Virus record (IMG/VR): IMGVR_UViG_3300042905_001626
Coordinates: 1-50,243 of that record
Reading direction: 5' to 3' (one strand)
DNA length: 50,243 bases
From: a virus
Lineage: Duplodnaviria > Caudoviricetes
The notes under the pieces are model-generated. The model was not told where the DNA came from, made no database searches, and was given only the letters and a program-made list of their open reading frames with translations. The translations under genes and the position numbers were made by a program. Positions 44,301 to 50,243 of the stretch are shown piece after piece. Position 1 is the first letter of the stretch; each line of letters begins with the position of its first letter.

Positions 44301-44614
44301 TCATGGCTCATTTTTGCCGCATTGACGAAAACAACATCGTCCAACAAGTGATCGTTGTAGACAACAAAGACACGGCTGATGCGTTCGGCGTGGAGAAGGA
44401 ATACATCGGCGCAGCCTTCTGTGAGCGTTTGCTCGGTGGAACGTGGAAACAGACTTCGTATAACGCTAATTTCAGAAAGAACTATGCTGGGATTGGCTAT
44501 ACGTTTGATGCAGCGCGGGATGCGTTTATTCCACCACGACCTAGCGACGATGCAACGCTTGATGAAGCGACCTGCCAGTGGATTGTGCCGAGCATAGGTG
44601 CCGATTCCGTTTAA
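44297..44614 (+). CDS. Small tail-associated protein (paralog of 45896-46234)
   Basis: MAHFCRIDENNIV...WKQTSYN.NFRKNYAGIGYT.D..RDAFIPP. Confidence 0.8.
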   Translation: MIMAHFCRIDENNIVQQVIVVDNKDTADAFGVEKEYIGAAFCERLLGGTWKQTSYNANFRKNYAGIGYTFDAARDAFIPPRPSDDATLDEATCQWIVPSIGADSV

Positions 44615-44624
44615 GGATTAAGTC

Positions 44625-45887
44625 ATGACCACAAGGATTACAAGCGCAAACATTACCCAATCAGGCACTTCTGGTATCTCAAGTGTCTCGTGGCAAGCAG
44701 TACAAACGACTGGGTTTACAGCGGTTGCCGGTAATGCTTATCCCTGCAATACGACCTCAGCAGCATTTACCGTCACGCTACCTGCTAGTCCAGCGGCAGG
44801 AAATGTTATTACGCTGACAGATTATGCGGGGACGTTTGCGACTAATAATCTGACGATAGCAAGAAACGGAAATTTAATTAATGGTAGCGCTACAAATGTT
44901 GTATTAAGCACCAACAGAGCGTCTGTTCAACTTGTTTACGTCGATGCCACCCAAGGCTGGGTTGCTTACTCTGGATGGGCTGCTACGAGTCTACCTCCGC
45001 CCAGTGTTTCTGTGGATTTTTTAATGGTAGCCGGTGGTGGAGGTGGTGGCGGATATAACGGCGGCGGTGGTGGCGGTGCTGGCGGTCTGTTGTACGAAAC
45101 AGGTTTGGCTTTGACGCAAGGGGTTTCTTATTCAATAACAGTAGGAGCGTCTGGCTCTGGCGGCACTGGAAGTGCATACGCAACCGATGGAACAAACTCA
45201 ACCATTTCAGGTACAGGCATCACAACCAAAACAGCGTTGAAGGGTGGTGCGGGTGGTAGCGGAGCGCAGGGGGTTAACACAAACGGTAATGGTGGTAGTG
45301 GAACTTATGGCTCTGGTGGTGGTGTAGGGCGAGATGTCACTACCGCTGTAGCGGGAGCAGGGACTAGCGGTCAAGGTTTTGCAGGCGGAGCAGCAAATCC
45401 TAGCCTTGGAAGCGGCGGTTCGGGAGGTGGTGGTGCTGGTGGCGCAGGAAATGCTTCGTCAGGCACAGAAAATGCAATCGCTCCTGCTGGAGACGGTGGC
45501 GTTGGTTCAAGCACTTATTCATCACTACTTACAATTGTTTCGGCTGGCGTTGACGTTGGCGGAACACGTTATATTGCTGGCGGCGGTGGTGGGGCAAGTT
45601 ATCAAACAACAAGGAATACGGCTGGCGGTTCTGGTGGTGGCGGCCAAGGCTCTATGAGAGAACTTGGTGCTACCGGAGCAACCGCAGGGGCAACGAATAC
45701 AGGTAGTGGTGGAGGTGGTGGTGGCAATACGGCTTCTTTTAAGACTGTTGGTCAAAACGGCGGCTCTGGTATTGTGATTATCAAAGCCCCACAGGCTGCT
45801 GCATCTACAACTGGTTCGCCAACTCCTTACACAAGCGGTGGTTTTTACTACTACAAATTCATCGGCAACGGCTCCATCACATTCTGA
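44625..45887 (+). CDS. Glycine-rich tail fibre-like protein
   Basis: AFTVTLPASPAAG...LVYVDATQGW, then a Gly-rich domain ending GGSGIVIIK. Confidence 0.8.
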   Translation: MTTRITSANITQSGTSGISSVSWQAVQTTGFTAVAGNAYPCNTTSAAFTVTLPASPAAGNVITLTDYAGTFATNNLTIARNGNLINGSATNVVLSTNRASVQLVYVDATQGWVAYSGWAATSLPPPSVSVDFLMVAGGGGGGGYNGGGGGGAGGLLYETGLALTQGVSYSITVGASGSGGTGSAYATDGTNSTISGTGITTKTALKGGAGGSGAQGVNTNGNGGSGTYGSGGGVGRDVTTAVAGAGTSGQGFAGGAANPSLGSGGSGGGGAGGAGNASSGTENAIAPAGDGGVGSSTYSSLLTIVSAGVDVGGTRYIAGGGGGASYQTTRNTAGGSGGGGQGSMRELGATGATAGATNTGSGGGGGGNTASFKTVGQNGGSGIVIIKAPQAAASTTGSPTPYTSGGFYYYKFIGNGSITF

Positions 45888-45895
45888 GGTAACAC

Positions 45896-46234
45896 ATGTC
45901 TCACTTTGCAAAGCTAGATGAAAACAACGTGGTGCTTGAAGTCCATGTTGTTCACAACAACGAACTGCTTGACCAGAACGGTGTTGAGCAAGAGTGGAAA
46001 GGTGTTTGGTTTCTCCAGAACTGGTCAGGCGGTTATCCGCACTGGAAGCAGACCAGCTACAACGGCAACTTCAGGAAAAACTACGCAGGCATTGGCTACA
46101 CCTACGATCCCGTTCGTGACGCGTTTATCCCACCAAAACCAACGCCAGACGCAGTATTAGACGAAGCAACTTGCCAGTGGATTGTTCCTACTAGCGCGGA
46201 TTCAGTAGGTGCGGATTCAGTGATTTCTATGTAA
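45896..46234 (+). CDS. Small tail-associated protein (paralog of 44297-44614)
   Basis: MSHFAKLDENNVV...WKQTSYNGNFRKNYAGIGYTYD..RDAFIPP. Confidence 0.8.
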   Translation: MSHFAKLDENNVVLEVHVVHNNELLDQNGVEQEWKGVWFLQNWSGGYPHWKQTSYNGNFRKNYAGIGYTYDPVRDAFIPPKPTPDAVLDEATCQWIVPTSADSVGADSVISM

Positions 46235-46243
46235 CCATATGAC

Positions 46244-47344
46244 ATGTTTGGCAATTCAGCATTCTCTGAAGTACCATTCTCAGCCCTACCAGCAGCGGGT
46301 GGTACAGGGACTGCTGCACTTACAGGCGATTTAGCATCAGGAAGTGTTGGTACCGTTGCCGTTACGATTGAGGTTGCGCTTACTGGCGTAGCAGCATCTG
46401 GCGCGGTAGGTTCGGTTACTGCATCCGAATCCTTTGCACTAACAGGCGTATCAGCAGCAGGTAACGTAGGAACCGTTACCACATCAAGCACAGTCGCTCT
46501 ATCGGGTGTATCTGCCGCAGGTCTAGTAGGCACGGCAGTAGCTGCGCCAAGCATTCCCATATCAGGGGTCTTGGCCTCTGGTGCAGTGGGATCTATGGAA
46601 ACGCCATCAGGGGCAACGCTCTCTGGTGTATTTGCAACAGGTAGTGTCGGCACAGCGACAGTCACAACCTCTATTGGCCTATCAGGGGTTGCAGCATCTG
46701 GGGCGGTAGGTTCGGCATCAGCAGTTAATAGCCCATCCCTCTCAGGCGTATCAGGCACAGGTTCTGTTGGATCGGTAGGTATTGGCTACGGTATTACAGG
46801 TGTTACAGCTACTGGTAACACAGGGACGGTTACATCCAGTATTGACGTGGCGCTTACGGGTGTATCAGCCACGGGTGCAGTGGGTAATGTCCAGCTTATA
46901 AGCCAAGTCGCAGGTGTTCAGGCAGACGGCTCAGTAGGTACTACAACTGCCAACATTACGGTATCTATTTCAGGCGTCTCGGCATCGGGTGCGGTTGGCA
47001 ATGTGCAAACACAAGCCTTCCCGCTTACAAGCGTCAGCGCCGAAGGTCAGGTAGGAACGGTTACAAGTTCGCTAAGCATCCCAATCTCTGGTGTGTCAGC
47101 AGCAGGGGCTGTCGGAGATGTCGTTAATACGGTAATCTTAGGGGGTGTTTCTGCCACGGGTAACGTCGGCACGGTTGGATTTGGTGGTCTAACAGTAGCA
47201 CTGTCCGGTGTAGCAGCAGAAGGTGAAGTTGGTACGTTTACGCTTCGGTACTGGTCATTAATAGATGACACGCAGGTAGCCAACTGGACGGATATTAACG
47301 ATACACAAAATGCCGGATGGGTTTTAATTAATACTGATAGTTAG
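46244..47344 (+). CDS. Repetitive structural protein (LTGVSA.G.VG.V repeats)
   Basis: About 20-aa repeat unit throughout. Confidence 0.75.
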   Translation: MFGNSAFSEVPFSALPAAGGTGTAALTGDLASGSVGTVAVTIEVALTGVAASGAVGSVTASESFALTGVSAAGNVGTVTTSSTVALSGVSAAGLVGTAVAAPSIPISGVLASGAVGSMETPSGATLSGVFATGSVGTATVTTSIGLSGVAASGAVGSASAVNSPSLSGVSGTGSVGSVGIGYGITGVTATGNTGTVTSSIDVALTGVSATGAVGNVQLISQVAGVQADGSVGTTTANITVSISGVSASGAVGNVQTQAFPLTSVSAEGQVGTVTSSLSIPISGVSAAGAVGDVVNTVILGGVSATGNVGTVGFGGLTVALSGVAAEGEVGTFTLRYWSLIDDTQVANWTDINDTQNAGWVLINTDS

Positions 47345-47351
47345 GATTGGT

Positions 47352-48998
47352 ATGGCAACGAATTACACAACCGTATTGAAGTTTGCACTCCCAACTACAG
47401 GTGAGCTGGTTGGATCTTGGGGTTCCGTAGTTAACAACCAGATTACCCAGATGGTTGAGCAAGCCATTACTGGTATAGCAACGATTAACACATGGTCCAC
47501 TGCAAGCCATACACTGACCACGGCTAACGGTGCCACCTCAGAATCACGCTGTGCAATCCTTCAATGTTCGGGGGCGCCGGGGGCTGCTGCAACCGTTATC
47601 TGCCCTGCAAACCCCAAGATCTACATTGTCCGCAACAATGTGACAGGTGGCTATGCAGTAACGCTTAGAACCTCGTCAGGCACAGGAATTTCAGTACCCA
47701 ACGGCAAGGTCATGTGGCTTTACTGTGATGGCACAAATGTTGTTGAGGCGACAAACTATCTTGCATCTTTATCACTAGGCACACCGCTTGCCGCATCCTC
47801 TGGAGGCACGGGGGTTTCCAATAGCTACAACATTAATCTCGGCGGGACGGTTAGCCTGACGGGTGCCTTATCCTTGCTAGGAAATGATCCGGTAACCATC
47901 AATACAACTGATACGACGAACATCACGCTTCCCACATCAGGGACGCTCATTACTGCAAACAGTTTAGATACGATTACCAATAAAGACATCAGCGGCCTGA
48001 CAAACAATATCCATGATGTCTCATTGACTTCGGATGTTATTAATACATTGCCGATTGCCAATGGTGGCTTAGGTGTAACCACGGTTCCATCAAACGGCCA
48101 GATTCCTATTGGTAATGGTACGGGCTATACGGTAGCAAACATTACATCCGGCGCTGGGATTACGGTGATTGGTGGTTCGGGTACGTTGCAGATTGCTGCT
48201 ACAGGTGCCTTAGCCCCAGGCGATGTGATTGGCCCTGCGTCTGCGGTTGACAGTCAGATTGCTTTGTTTAGCGGAACGACCGGTAAGATTATTAAAGCAG
48301 CCACAACCACGGGCTTACTCAAAGCATCATCAGGGGTGATTGCTCAGGCTACACCGGGGACCGACTATGGTGATGTATCCAGTGCAGATACGGTAGCAAC
48401 AGATAACGCCATTGTGCGGTTTGACGGCACGACAGGGAAGTTAATCCAAAAGTCTACGGCCGGCGTAACAGATGCAGGATTCTTGACGGCTAATGGCTTG
48501 ACGTTTCCTTCTGTACAAGTGTCATCTGCTGATGCCAATACGCTTGATGATTACGAAGAGGGAACGTGGACTCCGGTATTCACTAGCCTGGATATTCTAA
48601 ACGGTGACATAACGCTTACATACGCCACGCTTCCAAACACAGGTTTGTACCGAAAAATTGGAGCGGTTGTTTACGTTTCTTTTGTAATCAACACAAATTC
48701 TTTGACGGTAACAGGTCCGACTTCAAGCGAACTTTATATTGAAGGTTTGCCTTATATCCCAATTTCTGGCTTCCCTCTTTCCTCCTCAATAACAAGTGTC
48801 GGGTTTGCTAACGGATGGACAACAAACGCTCCATCATTTGGTTACTTTGCATCATCTGCTGTAATAGGCTCAACCGGGGGAATATCTCTGAATTACAAGA
48901 CCGCTCCTAATGCTTTGACTTCGTCTTTGATAACCGGCGCAAACCTATCAAGTTCGACATCGCTGCGTGCCAGCGGCTTTTACTTCACTGCAACCTGA
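47352..48998 (+). CDS. Tail fibre protein
   Basis: LPTTGEL.GSWG...DGTNVV...NTLDDYEEGTWTP...YRKIG..VYV...GLPY. Confidence 0.8.
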   Translation: MATNYTTVLKFALPTTGELVGSWGSVVNNQITQMVEQAITGIATINTWSTASHTLTTANGATSESRCAILQCSGAPGAAATVICPANPKIYIVRNNVTGGYAVTLRTSSGTGISVPNGKVMWLYCDGTNVVEATNYLASLSLGTPLAASSGGTGVSNSYNINLGGTVSLTGALSLLGNDPVTINTTDTTNITLPTSGTLITANSLDTITNKDISGLTNNIHDVSLTSDVINTLPIANGGLGVTTVPSNGQIPIGNGTGYTVANITSGAGITVIGGSGTLQIAATGALAPGDVIGPASAVDSQIALFSGTTGKIIKAATTTGLLKASSGVIAQATPGTDYGDVSSADTVATDNAIVRFDGTTGKLIQKSTAGVTDAGFLTANGLTFPSVQVSSADANTLDDYEEGTWTPVFTSLDILNGDITLTYATLPNTGLYRKIGAVVYVSFVINTNSLTVTGPTSSELYIEGLPYIPISGFPLSSSITSVGFANGWTTNAPSFGYFASSAVIGSTGGISLNYKTAPNALTSSLITGANLSSSTSLRASGFYFTAT

Positions 48999-49005
48999 GG
49001 CTTTT

Positions 49006-49257
49006 ATGATTACCAAAGAAACTATCATTGACAAGATTGAAGTCTTGGAAAACGGCGCGGTATTGATTCGCCAAGCCACGCGGATTATTGAAGATGGCGC
49101 TGTGTTATCCAGCACATATCATCGTTCATCAGTAGCTCCGGGACAAAACATTGCAGATCAGGATGCTCGCGTACAGGCTATTTGTAACGCTGTCTGGACG
49201 CCAGAAGTAATTGCAGCATTTGAGGCTAACCGACGGCAACAGTTGAATGCAATTTAA
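49006..49257 (+). CDS. Putative tail fibre assembly protein
   Basis: DKIEVLENG...R.AT.I.EDG......HR..V.PG...VQAICNAVWTPEV; GAGG RBS. Confidence 0.7.
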   Translation: MITKETIIDKIEVLENGAVLIRQATRIIEDGAVLSSTYHRSSVAPGQNIADQDARVQAICNAVWTPEVIAAFEANRRQQLNAI

Positions 49258-49284
49258 ATTGATTTGCAATTAGGGGAATATGAC

Positions 49285-49560
49285 ATGGCTTGGTCAGACG
49301 TTCTCAAAGCAGTCATCCCTATCGTAGTGGCTGCACTCGCTTGGCTACTCGGTCAGGTCGCATCTTTTTCTGAACGTCTTACAAAAATTGAAGGCACAAT
49401 GCCTGCGCTGATTACCAAAGAAGGCATACCCACTGACAGCCCAATCAGCGCCGAACGACGCGCTATTCAGAAAGAGCAGTTGATGACACACATCAACGAA
49501 CTACAAGTCAAAGTTCGTCTGCTTGAGGAGCGTGAGCGTATTGCCAAAGGAGGCAAGTAA
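49285..49560 (+). CDS. Membrane-anchored protein of the lysis module
   Basis: N-terminal TM segment plus coiled coil. Confidence 0.6.
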   Translation: MAWSDVLKAVIPIVVAALAWLLGQVASFSERLTKIEGTMPALITKEGIPTDSPISAERRAIQKEQLMTHINELQVKVRLLEERERIAKGGK

Positions 49561-50045
49561 TGTTTGAACTTCTTGGCGGCGGTTTAATGGGTTCTATCTT
49601 CGGCGGTTTGTTTAGGCTCGCCCCTGAAGTCTTAAAGTTCTTAGACAAGAAGAACGAACGCCAGCATGAATTGAGTATGTTCCAACTCCAGACCGACCTT
49701 GAGAAGATGCGGGGCGAGTTCAAGATGGAGGAGAAGTATGTTGACTACTCGATACAGCAAATGGATACGATTAAGGAGGCGTTTAAGGAACAGGCCCAGA
49801 CCGCAAAAGAGGCTGGCTGGTTCGCTTCTTTTATCACTGCTGTTACCCGCCCCGGTCTTACTTGGATTGCTTTTGGCGTATACGTGGCTGTCAAAGCTGC
49901 TGGCCTGACGATTGCATTTCAGACCAACGCTAATTGGGCTGAGGTACTAACCAAGAGCTACGACGAAGATGATTTCGCCATGTTGAACATGATGCTAACG
50001 TTCTGGTTTGTAGGACGGTCGATTGAGAAATACAACAAGTCATGA
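49560..50045 (+). CDS. Putative holin (3TM-like)
   Basis: Hydrophobic segments, VTRPGLTW...FWFVGR; directly upstream of the lysozyme. Confidence 0.7.
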   Translation: MFELLGGGLMGSIFGGLFRLAPEVLKFLDKKNERQHELSMFQLQTDLEKMRGEFKMEEKYVDYSIQQMDTIKEAFKEQAQTAKEAGWFASFITAVTRPGLTWIAFGVYVAVKAAGLTIAFQTNANWAEVLTKSYDEDDFAMLNMMLTFWFVGRSIEKYNKS

Positions 50046-50243
50046 ACGATGCTAAGAAGCTTTGCAAAGATGTTCTCATCAAGCCCTTTGAAGGGTTGGC
50101 AAGGCGTTTACCCGATGGAAATGTTCAATCCTATCCTGACCCCGGCACCAGAGGTCATCCTTGGACTATTGGTTGGGGGGCGACTGGACCAGACATTCAG
50201 CCAGGAACCGTCTGGACCATGCAGCAATGTGAAGATGCCTTAG
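50042..50243 (+). CDS. Endolysin (phage lysozyme), N-terminal part, runs off the window end
   Basis: Frame missing from the ORF track: MNDAKKLCKDVLIKPFEGL...SYPDPGTRGHPWTIGWGATG (E...D...T catalytic pattern). Confidence 0.9.
   Translation, partial: MNDAKKLCKDVLIKPFEGLARRLPDGNVQSYPDPGTRGHPWTIGWGATGPDIQPGTVWTMQQCEDAL

Noticed and set aside
41573-47283. Pro-rich or alternative-frame ORFs overlapping Gly-rich genes
   Set aside because: Shadows of GGN-rich codons.
41338-48998. Diversity-generating retroelement acting on tail fibres
   Set aside because: No reverse transcriptase and no TR/VR pair with adenine-specific mismatches seen; the repeats are ordinary paralogy.
50049-50243. ORF-track 64-aa ORF
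   Set aside because: Wrong frame; the lysozyme frame starting at 50042 carries the catalytic motifs.
1-50243. tRNA/rRNA genes, integrase, att site
   Set aside because: None recognised by eye; a tRNAscan/Infernal run would be needed to exclude atypical RNAs.

Overview
Near-complete, probably circularly permuted ~50 kb tailed-phage (Caudoviricetes) genome. The endolysin gene is split across the two window ends. Layout: a leftward accessory/recombination arm (250-8801: many small paralogous genes, SSB, ERF, PD-(D/E)XK nuclease); a rightward replication arm (8874-15847: resolvase, TIGR-Tas locus, ParB-like protein, SF2 helicase, Toprim primase); a leftward small-gene block (15803-18929); and packaging/structural/lysis genes (19111-50243). 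No integrase, DNA polymerase or tRNA was seen. Highlights: (1) a nuclease-less Nop/IS110-related protein (TasA-like) followed by a 27-unit, 36-nt-period dual-spacer array (TIGR-like) and a ParB-like gene; (2) a terminase intein whose homing endonuclease is a separate HNH gene nested in another reading frame with its own RBS; (3) a 24-bp parS-like palindrome present four times, three of them inside coding sequences; (4) a cassette-like array of small genes joined by shared junction repeats; (5) two candidate structured RNAs. All family calls are by-eye motif recognition, not database results.
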